DNA of 64,000 nucleotides from Raillietiella orientalis. Taxonomy: Eukaryota. A program made the position numbers and the translations under genes. The first letter of the stretch is position 1; each line of letters begins with the position of its first letter. Shown here piece after piece: positions 26,831 to 41,400 of this stretch. The DNA is taken from assembly GCA_036172245.1 (NCBI GenBank), contig JAYWIR010000020.1, positions 3,286,001 through 3,350,000 on the forward strand, written 5' to 3'. The notes under the pieces are model-generated. The model was not told the origin of the DNA. It ran no database searches and saw nothing but the letters and a program-made list of their open reading frames with translations.

Positions 26831-29800
26831 TGTGACAGGACCGAATTTCCTACCTGGAGGATGAAGCTCCGGGATGAATGCTTCATTGATTTTTCCCAAT
26901 TGCTGAACCCTGACAAGTTCGAGCGAGTAATTAACCAAGGGATCCCTGCCGCACGCTCCCGCAAATGACTACCGCTGGAGGTTTTATTTCCGTTCTGGGA
27001 ACCACGGAACCGAACCTGCCAATTTCGATATGACAACGGGCCGTAAACCGACAGGAGGTACTTTCGTTTCTTATCGGGCACCACGAGCTCTGCGATGTGG
27101 AAGAGAATCCACTGATGATGCTTCCGGGACCTCCTCATCCGATTTCCACTTGCACCCAGCATGGAGGGCGTGGGCGTAGTTTCACTCGGGGTGACACCGA
27201 GCTTTCCAATCGCCCTCGACCGCTTCGAACTTCACCGTGCGGGAAAACACGAACTTCTCCCAAGCGGCCATCGTCACCACATAATCATTCCTCAAAATCG
27301 GATGTACGGTGCAACCAATCAACCAATCGTCAAAACACGCGCAGGCACACACACAAACGAAAAATCATCTTGCTGGATTTACCCAGCGGCCGAGAAGACT
27401 GGGCTCGCTTTCAGGGTGGGCTGCGCTATTACTCGACTCCCGAGTCACTAAACATTCCTTCCGGATAATGTCCCCCCCCCCTTCCTCCCCCCCGCCCCCC
27501 AAAAAAGAAAAAAAACGTCACGTATCGTGCGTTACCTTATCGAGAGACATGCAGGATTTGCTGAAATGCAACGTGTCCCAACTGTAGTACAGCTTTACAA
27601 GCTGGTTTTATAGCACCTGATACATGCGTGTCACGTGCTGCTCCTCAGTTTCACTCTGCTGGAGGAAACTGCTGCACATTTTTCATTGAAATCAACTCGT
27701 GTTCTCAAGCGAAGACCTCCTCCTCCTCTCCGGACCGTTCCCGGCAGTCCGCTGTGCAGAAGTTGGGAGTCTTACTGTATCGCAGTGCCCTGTCCCCTCC
27801 CCCCTCCCCCTTCCACCACCGAAAAAATAAAATAAAATAAAATCAGATCGTTTCGTGAAATACCTTGAAACCCCTCTCGGAACGTTTTCGAGACGTGCTA
27901 GTGAGAAACCTCCACCCATTCCTTCGGACGGAGGAAGGACATGGCGGAACATTTAGGCAAGGGAGCCAACCATAAAGCTCAGGATGATTTCCTTTAGTTG
28001 GTATATTGCAACACATACCTTCAACAGATTCCTCATCCCAACGCTCTTCGACTTTTTACGGTTCGCAATCACGAGAACGATATCCAGTGAAATGGATATT
28101 ACCAAGACGGTGTTTATGGGAGTGGAGGAGGGGGGGGGGGAAGAAATGAGAAATGCACCGTCTAATAGAAAACGCGAGCGCCGAATCGCCAAAAAAAAGA
28201 AAAGGTACAATTAAGCAAAGTTTTAGCGAAGTCACTCACACGACCATCTCTGCTACTTTGTTTTTGCACTGAAGAGGCAAAGGTTTGGAAAGGCTACTCG
28301 GTTGATGCGCGTTCCACGAGATGTTCCTCGACAAATTTCATCTTGCAAATCTGACTTCCGTCAGATTCCTAACACACACTTTAAGAGAGAGAGAGAGAGA
28401 GAGAAATAATAATCGAAGGAGGTTCCAAGGCAGGCGGTCTGATGCTTCTGAAGCGAAGGACCGTAGGATCGACCTCGTGGATTCTAACAGCCTCTGACAC
28501 AATCAAAAGCTTCCACTTGGTGGACGTGCTGTCCAGAGTGGCAGACTTACCACCAGATTTGGAGAGATTTTATAACAAGAAAACGTTTGCTCGTTCACAC
28601 TCTACAACAAGAAATACGAATTTGCTCCGCAGTCATCATCCCAGTATCCATCGTGGTGAAAAAAGCAATGCAGATCGAATTCCGTGAAATACGTGATTCA
28701 TACTTGGATGTCACAGATGTGTACGTGGAGCCAAATAAAAAGCTTAGGTGAAGCTTCCGTGTGCCTGTGCTGAACCTCTTGACCCAAGTGATCTTCAGCG
28801 ATAGAATACCACCACATCGGTTTTGCACACGAACGTTGGGTACGAGGAAAACTGAACGTTCGAGGATGTCGACGATACCGAAGCAAAGTTTCTTGAGATT
28901 ATCTTATCGACTAATTTATTTTGGAGTGGTAACATCAATAAAGATTTGTTTTTGAGTCCGTCGCTTAGCGAAGCAAAACTAAAACGAGCTCTTAGCTGGG
29001 AATTTGTTTTTAATTGCCTTTATGCTTTTCGCTAGGTATGCGATGAACACAACCAAGCATTCCAACACTGCCGAAGAACGTCAGGTGACGTCAGGTGTAT
29101 GTGTATGTAAAAGAAAAATTATTCCAGAGCAGAAAAATTCTTCCACCTCTTTGAAGAGCATTTTCAAAAGCTTTTCATAATTTTGCTTTCTTCTGAGGAG
29201 GCCGTTCATACACATATGCCTAAAGAAATACGAAAACGATGCTCACGAACTGACCTCGAAATCGTCTAGAATAAGCTATACTTTAGGGCATTGCAATCTT
29301 TTCGATCTCGATCCTGGGAAAAACAGCGTCGCGAATCTTTCAGACATTTTTTTTTTTTCCCTAGAAACACAGTGATCTTCGCCACGAGAACTGCGTAGAA
29401 AAGCACTGCGGCGATGGGTGCACACGCCCAAAGAGCCCGAATTCCTCCATTTCAAATCTCACGAATCTTATTTACTCAACCTAGCTTTGATTTTTTTCTT
29501 TTTTTTCAAGTAATGGCATCATGCAAATCATTTCATTCTTCGATAAACTGATCAGTTTCCAGCTCATCGTTTGCCGTTGTGAGATATTAAAGGATTTTCA
29601 TTTCCATCATGAAAAGTAAATCATAAATAATGTCTGATAGTGCTGCTTGTACAAAAGCAAGTTGTAGACAAAGAAAAGGGAAATTCTGCTTAGCTAAACA
29701 GCGATAGCAGCAACCAGAGTCAAAGGACAGAGATCCTCCACGATGAAACGAGAGGGGGAAACCATCTGCATTGATTTCCAAGTCTGAGATCACCCTCTTG

Positions 29801-32800
29801 TGTGGACACTGTATGTTCTGATGTTTCCAGGTATCACTCCATGTAATGCATACGAAAATTCGATGCATGAAGTTTACTCAGACTCGAGAAGGGCGCCAAA
29901 AATTAATATTGGCGTTCTAGAGTCAATGAGAAGGGCCGCTGGAATCTGCTAGGGATGCGGATGCTCAAAGAGCACACTACCATTGAGAATGGAGATTTTG
30001 ATGAGCAGCGTGCCCCGGGAATGGATGGGAATATCTAAATGCATTGCAATGAAACGAAACATCAACTTGCTTGGAAAGTTGAAGCTACATCGCTAGGAAG
30101 GAGTCAGACATGGTTTTAAAAGTCATCTTCAAAGGATAAAAGTGAAGCAAGAAGTAAGGAGGAGAAGCAAGAATTGAGATCGAGTTTCTTGCCAAATTGA
30201 TTGATGAAGGCACTTCGTAATCGGGTGCTGCTGCATTCGTCACCAAAAGTGAAATTTAATGGACTTGGGCGACTAGAACTCCGAAAGAGCAATTCCCAGC
30301 AGCCATTTCCACTCCATCATTCATGCAAGACAGTCTCACTTGCCTTCCTTCATCATTTCAATGCAACAGCAGCAAAGTCTTCTTTAATACGAAAGCTGTC
30401 ATAGTGGAATTAGAAGGGAGCAAAATGGTGCACAATGGTATACATCGTCGCAATCTTTTCTAACCTCTCCAAAAGCAGTCTTGACGACTATTCTTTCCAA
30501 AGAGACAGGTAGCTCGCTTTGAAACCATGGTCAAGTGCATCCCGGTTGCCTGGAAAGCAAAGGACTGGATCCCAGTGCTTTCGAGATGGATGCGCCGAAC
30601 GCTGGAAACAGACCGGGAAAATGCATAGGAAAACGAGCATCGGTGACAGCAAAAGACCTGCGTGTCTCGGGCAAAAAAACATTCCTACAAGGGGATTCAT
30701 TAGAAAATAGGTGAGAGAGGTTATGTGGTTCAAACACGAGAAAGGAAGAGGGGCACATCTGGGGAAAGGAGGAGGAATCTGGTCGTGATCAGCAGGTCAG
30801 GAGGAGCCGATCCTCGCCGCTCGTGAGGCGTCATAGGAAATGCGGGAAGGTACGGGCAGATGCACGGCTGTGCACGAGGATGGATGAACTCACCGGAAGA
30901 AGAACTCCCGTAGGTGCAAGTAGGGGTCCTTGCGACGCGAGCCAGTCTGACGAACGGAGAAACCGACAAAACCGGACTGACCACCGCGCGTGGGGCGGAA
31001 AAACGGTTCCGACCAATCCTCATTGGTCAGATTACTCGGCCCCTCAGGTGCAGAGAAATGGAAACTCTTGCCGCACCCTGCTTTGGGAGTGCACTGCCCT
31101 CCGGCGTGCGTAAAGATGTTTGACCACGTCCCTGGGCTTCCGTAGAAGGCCCACCCGATGGCCTCATTCAGACGCCTCTTCATGCATGGCAGGATGTTAC
31201 CCGCCGCGACGATCGCATCTTCGTGCTGCGTCCGCAGGATCGTGGCGGCTGGAAACTTCGGAGACAGAGGGTCCCGCAGAGAAGCCGAGAAGCAGAGAAG
31301 CCACCGCCACCACCTTTGTCTTCCTGTTGCTCGAGGATCGCCTCGGGCGAGATGGCGTGCACCTGAGGCACAACCAAGAGGATCTCTCCGGCATCCTTGA
31401 GAGGATGCAAAGGCCACCAGGGAGTAATCTGAGATCCCTTCCGGTACCCCCCCCCCTCAAGCATTCTGGTTTTCCTTTTTTTTTTTTTTTGATGTTCAAT
31501 ATTTATCCGTTTTTTGTTCATTTCCCTCACCCCTAACCCTAATCGCGCGGACCTCTTCCAGCGACTGCTTCCGAGAACGATATCCTCCGGAACATCTCGC
31601 ACAAGTAGTTGCCCTGCCCTGCCACCACGGAAAGATAGAAAAATTTCTTGATGAATTTTCATTTTATTTTTTTTCGGCGTGACCGGATGGATAAGCGATC
31701 CTCAGGCGCAGTACAGTGCATACTTCCGTACAGACACTCAAGCAGAAGTAGAAGCAGGTTCGCTGACAGACATGGCAATTGTTCGTACATGTTTTTGTTT
31801 CCGGAAAACCGAAGTTTCGCCATGCCGACCAAATGCCTCCCGCATGTCGCGAATTTTGAAGCTGGTGCATGGGGAAGTCGCCCATTCTGGGGGGGGGGGG
31901 GGATCAGTCTTTCTCGCCTGGATGCATCCATTACTCGCTTCATGCGCCCCGTAAGGCAGGAGCTTCTCTTTCCTCGCCGTGGCCGCTTTACGTGAGGTCT
32001 TTACGTGGCAACGGGAGCCCGGGGATCTTCAGAAACAGCTGCCCCCGAAGGGCGTTCTTCCGCATGCTTGCGAGAGTCACACGCATGGCTCCCGTTGTCG
32101 GAATCTGCCCTCTGGCTGGTTACCACGGGAGACAGAGCTCAGAAATGACGGCAACGAAGCTTTCCGGAGCTCTGCGGCAGCGGCTCATGCCTTCGCACTC
32201 CCTGCCGTCCATCCTCACAGAGAAGTTCCCGCGGACCTTCCGCTTCCGTATACGTCAACGCGCGTGTCTCCAGCTAGCGCAGCGAAAGTTGTGGGTTCCT
32301 TCCTTGCAACGGGTCGATTCGGATGATGCACTGCCCCGAGATGACCTGGACTCACACAAGTTCGGCGGCTAAGAGAAACGATAGGAATGCCATCCGGGGT
32401 GAGGGGGCAGAGGGGAAAACTGTTCTGAACAGAAGGGGGGCATCGCGGCATCCTCACGGAGCGAAGCGGGAAGATCTCTCGCAGGAAAAAGAATGACGTT
32501 GTGGTGAAGCCAGGGAATCCTTGTAGGGAGGGGAAAAGGGAGCAGGGGGTTAAGGAGTGCACGCGGGGGGTCAGCCTCGCGGCGTGCACGTATCCAGCGC
32601 ACGTTGCCGTTCCGATGCTGCGTGCTCTGCTGGCGCGCTTGTGGATAGTTCGGCGGGGGAGCACCTCGATCCTTCTCGACTGTGCAGATGGACCGGCCGC
32701 ACTTTCAGTAGCGTCACGAATTGGGTACCTTTCAAGGCCATTTCTGCTGCTGTCACATGACGAGGAGCATCACGCCAAAGGTGCCTTCCGTGCTTTTCGG

Positions 32801-32871
32801 TTCCTCATCACGAAGTGGTGCTAGGCAAGCATAAGAAGAGACGGAGTAGGCGCCGAGATGGGGGGAGGAGT

Positions 32872-33327
32872 GCGTCGTGGGTTTCATGCGTTCCTTTTCC
32901 ACAGGACGACGCTGTTAGGCTTCGAACGTGGAACCGGTGGAAGCTGGATGCCCGAGTGATTGGAAGTGGATCCTCTGGGATCCTTCCAGGAATCAAGGAA
33001 CCGTTTCCCTTTTATGTGGAAATGGAGCTATCCTTCCCCTTGAGAGGGGACCCTTCATCTCGTACCATGGAGCTGGTTGATTGATTCTCCCTCCAGAGTG
33101 CCAAGAAGCGCGCTGCTCTCTTCGGGGAAGCGTTCTTCAGAGAAAATTGGGGAGCGTCCCTTCGAGAAGTGGATCTTTCGGGGTTCCCTTCAGAGAAGAA
33201 AGGAGGAGCGGCCCTCTTCGTGGGACCCCTCTGGAGAGAACGAGGAAGAGATGGTTCCCTTCAAAGTTCCCTCTCAGGAGTCGGAGAGGAACCTCTGGAG
33301 CCTTCCTGGATTCATGGGGGTGGTCCC
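32872..33327 (+). mobile_element. Dispersed SINE-like repeat, copy A (diverged or truncated head)
   Basis: Colinear blocks shared with 53474-54106: gcgtcgtgggtt, tccttccaggaatcaagg (32981-32998), tctcttcggggaagc (33117-33131), gggttcccttca, ctctggagagaa, ccttcctggattcat (33301-33315). Confidence 0.7.
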
Positions 33328-35579
33328 TGACTTCGAGAGTCGCATGCACCCTGGGGCGGAGTGGTCAGCGTCAAAGAGCTTCGTGAGCTCCCTCTAAGGA
33401 GGCGAACGGTTCTTCAGCACTCCTTGAGAACCAAAGAAAAAGAAGGAAAAGGCTGGAAGGAAACAACAAAAGAGCAGAAGGACCCAGGAGGACTCCCGAG
33501 CATAAGTGGGCTTCCAAGATGACGGATTTTTTTAGTTATTCCACGAAAGCAAGCCAAGTCGACTGCTCTCCGACAGATGCCTCGGATGGTCGCTGCCATG
33601 GGTGTCCCCGAAGCGCGGTCGCCCCAGCGGTACTCCCTGCCTTTCCATCCCAGCAGCTCCTCCCCGCGCCACAAGGAAGATTTCCCGAACATGAGTCCGA
33701 ACGACGGTGCGAAGTTCTACTCTCACCGGGCGATTTTTTCTACAAAACGACCGGGGAGTGCGAAGGAGAATCCTTCTCACTCCCCGGCGGTACCAACACA
33801 GCAAAGCGTTCCCAGAGGGGTCAGAGGGCAACGCAATCTACGAGCAGATGCGCGAGGGATTCGCTCTCCCCGCAGCTGCCAGGGTTGGGGCCCACACACA
33901 CACACACCGCGTCCAGTGGTGCCGGAGGGAGTTGCACGAAAGGTTCCATTGCAGCAGCAGCAGCGTCGACTCCCACCTCTTCAAGGTGAGAGTGTGGGTG
34001 TCCAAGAGCACTAGGAGTCACTGCAGATCTTCCACCGGAATTCCCAGTAGCTCGCCTTAGCGCAAAAGTCCTCGTGGGAGAGGGGAGAGGACATTTGGGG
34101 GCGCAGCCTTTGTGAGCCGACTCGTCCAGTCCTTTTCTCCTTCCGGAGATGTTCACATTAACCTCCCATCTAGCCGCTGGGCTGCTGCCCATGTGTTCCC
34201 TGAGGAAGGGCAACGCTGCGTCGAGGGAGGTTATTCCTGCCTCCCGCACTCTTCATGGGACCTTCCAGGATCTCCCGAAGCGAGCAGCTGTTGCAAAAAC
34301 AGTTCAGCAAGAGCTGCGCCTTTTCCGGGCATGGCTGGTTGTGCTTCGTTCGCGTGCGGTTTCTTGCAAGCAGGCACTACCGTTCGCGAGGCAGTGGTGC
34401 AGAGTGGAGGTGAGGAACCGGTCGCAGGCCTTGAGAAGTGGATCCTGCGCAGCGTGAGGTGAAGCGGAAACAGAAGCGCATCGCTTCATGTGCGCAGCGG
34501 GAATGCAGCAAGAAATGCTGTGTTCCAGAAGAAGGCATAGGAAGAAATTCGAAGACTGTTCGAAGGGGAAGGTGGCCACGTTCCAGAATGCTCGGTCTGG
34601 AACACGACTCGCCTTTTCCATTACAGAAGTGTTGGTAATGAGGAATAAATTCATCAAAGGAACGCAGAGGACGTCAAAAGACCGCTGAGGAGAAAAAAAA
34701 AAAAAAAGACCTCTGAGGGGACGGCAAAAGGGAAGGCGGCGAAAGGCGTTGAGGCTTCCCAACACCTAGATGCACTGATGCCTCTTCATCCAGAGAGGCA
34801 GCTGAAGCAAACGCTGCTAGGCAAGGAAATGCAAACTGCAGATGCGTTCCTTTGAACTAACAGTGCCTCTGATTTATCGTAAGCACTCTAGGAGAAATCA
34901 ATCAAAAATCACGTGCGTGCATCGGGGAAGAAAGGCCAACAGATCAAAGAAACTTTGTCCGATCCACCAAAAAAAGAGCATGCAACTTTTCCCCTCCTAT
35001 TTCTCACCCAGATTCACCGCTGCCGAGAACCGAGCAGAGAACCCTTCCACCTCCCTTCCCGGATGGACCCCTCGCGTGGTGTTTCTTCGTCCAAGGTGGA
35101 CTTTTGCCAGCCGCAGCTGTAGCCGCTACCATGCATCGCATCCGGCGTCATCGAAGCCACTCGTTTCGCCTCCGCCCCAGCAGCGGTGGCAACTCGTCCT
35201 CTGGGCGGCTTCACGGGGGGCTCAGAGAGTTGGCTCCAGTAACGAGGGAGCACATAACCCGCATCATGACAGCATCGAGAGCCAGATGGTCTGAAGGCCG
35301 GTGACCTTCCCTCACAATTATTTATTCATCCATTTGATGTTCATTTACTGTCCTCTTCGTCACTCCAGACGTTACCTTTCCCTGGACCAAGAGCACTCGG
35401 ACGTTGCCCCTCCTCTGCACGATTCTGTTGCGAACCGGGCACCGATAGGTCCGGATAAATAAGCCGCATTCCCGATATGATCGGATGAAAAGCGCAGAGG
35501 ACGTTTCGTCTGTGATTGCCACGGATTTGCGGAGTTCGGATTTCAAAAGATCGTGAATATTCGTGGATATCCTCAATGG

Positions 35580-35870
35580 CAGCGTTCCCCAAACTGTGTT
35601 CCGCAGAAGGTCAATAAGTGTTCCGTTATAAATTATGAAAATCAGTGTATTTTAAATGCTATTAAGTTTATTTTTTCATTTTCCATGTGTTTTGTTTTAC
35701 ATAATTAGAATTTGAGAATAAACGTTTGTTTTGTTTTCTTAACCCTTATATTTACTTGTTTAATTTACTTATTAATAATGTCTACCTACCCTGTCAAATA
35801 ACCAAGGTATTCCGTTAGAATTTCAGGTTTTGTGAAGGGTTCCGCCATAGGCAAAGTTCGAGAAAGACTG
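35580..35870. mobile_element. Non-autonomous hAT-type MITE, copy 2
   Basis: Left end CAGCGTTCCCCAAACT, degenerate right end AGTTCGAGAAAGACTG, interior colinear with 7781-8043. Flanking 8-mers ctcaatgg / ctctacgg match 6/8, consistent with a decayed 8-bp hAT target-site duplication. Confidence 0.78.
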
Positions 35871-36652
35871 CTCTACGGAATCCTCGAAAGAATTTCCGAG
35901 GACACGACTAACCTTTTCTTGCTGTGCTTGCCTTCAGGGATGTTTCGGAATAAATTCCCGCGTATTCTTATGGTAGACGATCGGACGAGGTCATAAACGG
36001 AAGGTCGTTTCTTCTCCCGAGCTGTTTCTTTCTCTTTCTTTTCTCTTTTTCTTTTCTTTCTTTTTTTTTTTTTTTCTTTCACGGTTCAGAGTTTAAATCG
36101 TAATTGCGGAGTAAAATGGCAGCTCGTATTTACCTTACTGCCATGATGGCTGCTTTCCGATGGAAAGAGCTCCCTAATCTCAAATTCTTCCCACGCCCAT
36201 TCCAGTTCCTTCGGATGAAATTGCAGAGTTGCAACTGTCGGCAACTTCCGGAAGCTCTTTCTGTTGAATATTAAATTGTTCAAGGCAATGGCTCTGAGTA
36301 TAGTTCTTTCCGGAACAGAAATGGCAAATTGGAGCGGAATCCTTAGGATAACCGGGAAACTCAGCAGAATAAATTTCTCCACTGCTTTTGGTACATGATA
36401 GGATCTTTGCATCCCACTTTTCCATAACAGCCTACGAGGAGAAGAACTGAATTGTTCTGATTCCTCAACAGAGACGGGATGGAGTTGATTCCAGAGCCCT
36501 CGTTGTCTGGAGAATTTGTAGGTGGAGGCACCAAGAAGAAATATCGATACTGAAGAAAGAGAAAACCATTTAACGGCTATGAAACGAGAAACGGTTCTCC
36601 GTTGTCATGTCGACGAGACTGTTCGGGGAGATTTTTTTGATCCTGATGTAAG

Positions 36653-36825
36653 ATGTACAGAAATAATGTCATGCAATATTTCATTAAACGCAACAGGAAA
36701 GTATTTGAATAAGAACCGAGAGCATATACAAGCTTATTACAGGATACAATTTGTATAGCACATTATCAATAGAAATAGTAGAATAGTAGAATCTCGTAGC
36801 AGTATATAGAATTCTGAGTGCTTCC
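36653..36825 (+). repeat. Left arm of a ~170-bp imperfect inverted repeat (partner 38318-38490)
   Basis: atgtcatgcaatatttcattaa is the reverse complement of ttaatgaaatattgcatgacat; tagaattctgagtg is the reverse complement of cactcagaattcta; similarity continues across the whole arm. Confidence 0.85.
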
Positions 36826-38317
36826 TCCAGTCTTTATCCAAAGCATCGTCAAAGTACACATTAGATTTCAGGGGCAAGAAAACGCATTCCTTTAATAAGA
36901 CTTTAAAATTAGCAGCTCTTACGGGGAAGCTCCAATGCAGTCATTCCCATCCTCAGGAAGAATACTGCACTCAGAATTCTACATACACACAGTTTCTACA
37001 TACACTTTTGCATGCAGTACAGTGGAGAGCGAGTATCACATCTACTGTCTGTGTTGCTCAGTAGCCGCGACTTTTCTGAGGCTCTTAGGAAGAACGAGAA
37101 TCATCTGTAGAGTCGAAAGGTACTTGATGCTTACAAAAGGGAGTCACTTGTGGCCCTAGGCAGCAGCAAGAACATGCTCAAAACTTAGGAACGGTGGAAA
37201 TGAATCTCGTTGGACTCCAGGTTGCCTGCTGTTGCACAATGAAGTGAAAACAGAGTTTTCATGTTTACCATGAGGAACATCCGGAGACATTCTGATGCTG
37301 AGCTAGATTCGTTGGCTCTTATCAATGAGATTACTTTGTTGAAAAACTAAGCGTATCATATGAGAAGTAATAATAAAGCTCCTCCAACTAAATATATCAT
37401 TGCAGTTGTAATGAAATAATCTGTAATTAAGTAATACATCTTCGGAAACAATGTGTTACAAAATTACCTGCTTGCCAGACATCATTTCTCAATGTTAAGA
37501 TATTTTCTAGTAAAGTTTATTCTGTTTTTTTTTTTTGTGTGTGTGGGGGGGGGGGGGCATTTATTTTTAAAGAAAATGAACCATTTTATTACCTTTCAGC
37601 ACTCATTAGTTTCCTCTTTCATGAGGGTGTGCCATTAATAATGGATTGACGGGATACCGTGTACTCGCCTGACGTAAAAGAACCATGCCTTTTGTGCACA
37701 CCATATAGGTCTGTTTACGTGATAGACAAACACTGTGATTTAATTTAACGTGTTCTGATTCATCGCCAGCACATCAATGTACACAGATGCCAAACACACC
37801 TACTTTAATTTCTGCGCCCTTATTGAAAACTTAGTAAATTTATCCAACTACTCCATCATTTAACCTAATCATCATCCGTAGGAATATCATTTGCAATGAC
37901 TTTCTAATGTTAGCACCTATTTTTTAAAACTGAACTTGACGTTAGGAATCAGCAAGCGCATCATAATGGCATCGAGAAGTTTGTTTCAAGAGGAGTCAAA
38001 TTTCAATTAAGACGGAAATGTATTTTCAGAGTTTTTCCCGAACCCATGAAAAGTAGAAATGTGTAAGCAAAACTCGAATCCACTTAAAGAGGACGAGGAA
38101 TAGTATTTCCAGCACATGCAGTATTTGACACTTCATTATTAATAGCTTTGAGCAGAAATGGTTTTAAGTTTCTCCGGTTAGGATTGTAGATGGTGAATGC
38201 TATCAACGCAGAAAGAGCAGAAGACGTCGTATCGAACCTCGCAATATCTCTATGCTGATAACGATGATATCAGCAAACTACTTCTAAGGTGAAGATGTGT
38301 TTTATCTAATAGCAGTT

Positions 38318-38490
38318 GGAACACTCAGAATTCTACATACTGCTACAAGATTCTATTATTTTTGCTGTAGAATAGTATGCTACACAAATTTTATTCTGTA
38401 ATACGCTTTTATATGCTCTCAGTCCTTGCTCAATTATGATATTTTCCTATTGCGCTTAATGAAATATTGCATGACATGATTTCTGCACAT
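38318..38490 (-). repeat. Right arm of the ~170-bp imperfect inverted repeat (partner 36653-36825)
   Basis: Reverse complement aligns colinearly with 36653-36825, with scattered substitutions and small indels. Confidence 0.85.
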
Positions 38491-41400
38491 AATATTTTTT
38501 TTGGCAAGCCCTTACTATGCACAGCTCTCCTATCGCCACGAAAATTGCATATGTCGTCACGAGTGCATCTATTTGGCAAAGCTTCGTTTTGGTAGAAGTA
38601 TATTTAAATAGAAAATTATGCGTTTTAAGATTTGACTAAATGCTAATGATCTCATTCCTTAAATACATTTTAGCATACATACGCAGGAAAACGAAATGAA
38701 ATGCTTTCTAATAACACCAAATGAACTTTATGAAGGGTCCCATAAATTAATGAAGTTCAAAGACCATGCTGCTATATAATGCACATTTCTGACAACTGGT
38801 TTCGACTTTGCTGATCGATTAAGGCCTCTCGTATTTTGTAAAACCAAACGATATACCAAGCTTAACAGAAGTTTCTGAAAAAATAAATAAATAAACTAAA
38901 ATTATTTTAATTTCACAAAAATACATCTATTGTATCTATTTCGCAAAACTAATTTTGTAAATGAACAACAAGGAATAGCAAATACATGATGTGAAGTAAT
39001 GCTAAAATTAAAAGACAAATGAATCGAATGAAGATTACTGCTTTCCTTCTCTCTTAAAAACAAACTACTTCTCTCTTAAAATAGGACTCTCCGTTGACTC
39101 TACTTTTCTTGGGTTCGGGAAAAACTCTGAAAATACCGTATAATATACTCGAGATTCATCGACAGTGTTCTACTACCCAAAAAGCTTGTTCCCATCATTA
39201 TATTTTGATTCCATCATGATATTATGTAGACAGTCAGAAGAGTGGGAGCATTGAACTCTAGGAAAAACTTTATAACAGATGAACCATTCTCGAGAAATCA
39301 TCTCGAGAAATCTTTGCAAAATGAAGTATCCAGAAAGTACTCCTGTGGAAAAAACATTGTTTTGAAGTTGAAAATGGAGAAATGTATGCATAACAGCTTC
39401 AAACAGAAAAGCCTTATTTGTTCTCACTATGCAAGTCTTCTTTATAATAAGACCATATGGATAAACTTTATTTTGAATACAATGCAATCATTAAACATTA
39501 TCTGAATATAACGTAACCATAATGAAGAATGATTAGAACTCTGTTCCTTATGGTGATCAACATTCAGTGAATAGATTCAGTATTTTCAGTAAAAAATTCC
39601 AAGATGAAAAAACAAAACAAAACATGACTTAGGGAGATATGGATTTGAAGTAACAAAATTCTCGGGATTCTGGTTCAAGAGAGAATCTTGGATGTATTTA
39701 GAAATTATTTATTTAACTAGAAGATCTAGTAGAGTTTGGTTTAATTACACGTCACTTCTATCTCATGTCGGTTACACTTCACTCACTTCAAGACACGTAG
39801 TCAATATCAACCAATTATGAGGAAAAAAAAACTGTAAGTCATGCATTGAATAATCGAGAAGCATTTTTTGGAACCCAAACAATACATCTTTTCATTCCTA
39901 AGTTTATCAAAATTTGTAGTCATAATATTTTCTGAAATGTTTTGATGGGCTTTGACCTCAATTTTGGAAAATATTGGGAATCACATTATTTTAGGGGAAT
40001 TCTAAATTACCTAAAAGTTGATTGGCAACTCTACTGATGATATATTCTCAATTAAAAAGAATCCCTGGGGCCTGTTGTTGCTCAATAATTTATCGAACTT
40101 TGTTAATGTTCTTGAAAGTCACGTAAATAAGGGAACTTCTCAGATGTTGAAGATCACGTAACAGTTAAAGATGAAAGAAGGAGATGAATACAATTTTACA
40201 AATCTTGAGCAGCTTAAGCCTTGTCCCATTCCTTAACCCCAAAGAACAGTGTAACATGAGCCATGCACTCGAAAATGCGGTATTGATCTTTTTAGAATAT
40301 TTAAGTTTTCTGTAATCCCGAGTAACAAAAGGAAAAAAAAAATAGTTCTCATTATTTTACAGGATGTATTAAAGAATGAATGTTGGATGCTTGGCAGTGT
40401 GATTGAGTTTGATTACAAATGTTTTGCAGCATGACTCACAAAAAAAATATGTATCCTTCGCTACAAAACCAAATCAGAACACAAAAAAACGAATGATAAA
40501 AATGAAAGGCTGAGGAGTGCCAGATAGAACAGTAGAATTAATAGGTTCTTTTCTGATTCTGAGAAACTTTTGGGTATGAGAATCTTTAGATACATGCAAT
40601 TCATGAGAAATTTAGGGACGAAACGCAAGAAGAATTTAGGAGAAAGAAAATTAAAGCAGATTAGAGAACAAAGTAATATCAAAACAGCTAGGCTAAAAGA
40701 TGTGAAGATGTAAATATTGGATAGTTCTGAAGTAAATAGAAAACCAAATATTAAGCAGTGAGGATACAGTAGCTTCCAGTAATGAAATTTGCATCAAGAG
40801 CAGTTGATTTTTGTTTGGGTGAATGTGAGTTTGAGTAGTAGAGCATATTCTAAAGTATTGGACATGGCTATTTGCAATATAAGTTTTCCCAGTGACAAAG
40901 TAATTAGGAAAATGATGATGATAATTGAAGCAATCCTGATAATAAACCATTAATTTAATCATGGTTGAGGAGTATGCATTCCATTTTTTTGAAAAGCCAA
41001 ATAATGATACAAACTTTCCAAAATGATGGAATGGAAGAAAATGATGTGATGAGCCATATGGCAAGGCTTTTTAAAAATTCATCCTAATGATTAATATTTT
41101 TTAAAAGAGAAGGTCGTTTGATAAAAAAATTTTCAAGAGAAGATGGAAGCAATGTAATGTGTTTTCAAAGATAAAAGGAAAACTGTAATAGCTACTTTCA
41201 AAATTAGAGATGCGATTGTATGTGTAGGTCTAGGCATCTTAGGTGTTAAAATGAATTTGGGATTCTAGGGAGTCATGATATTCATTGCAAGAGTTATGTT
41301 GTTATATATCTCGACATTTTATGGATGAAAATTCAGCAAAGACGAGATAATAGAATCAGTATAAAATAGCTATTTTTTGTGTTTGTGTGAATAAAAATCA

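Noticed and set aside
31531..31542. Telomere-like (CCCTAA)2
   Set aside because: Only two units; compatible with chance.
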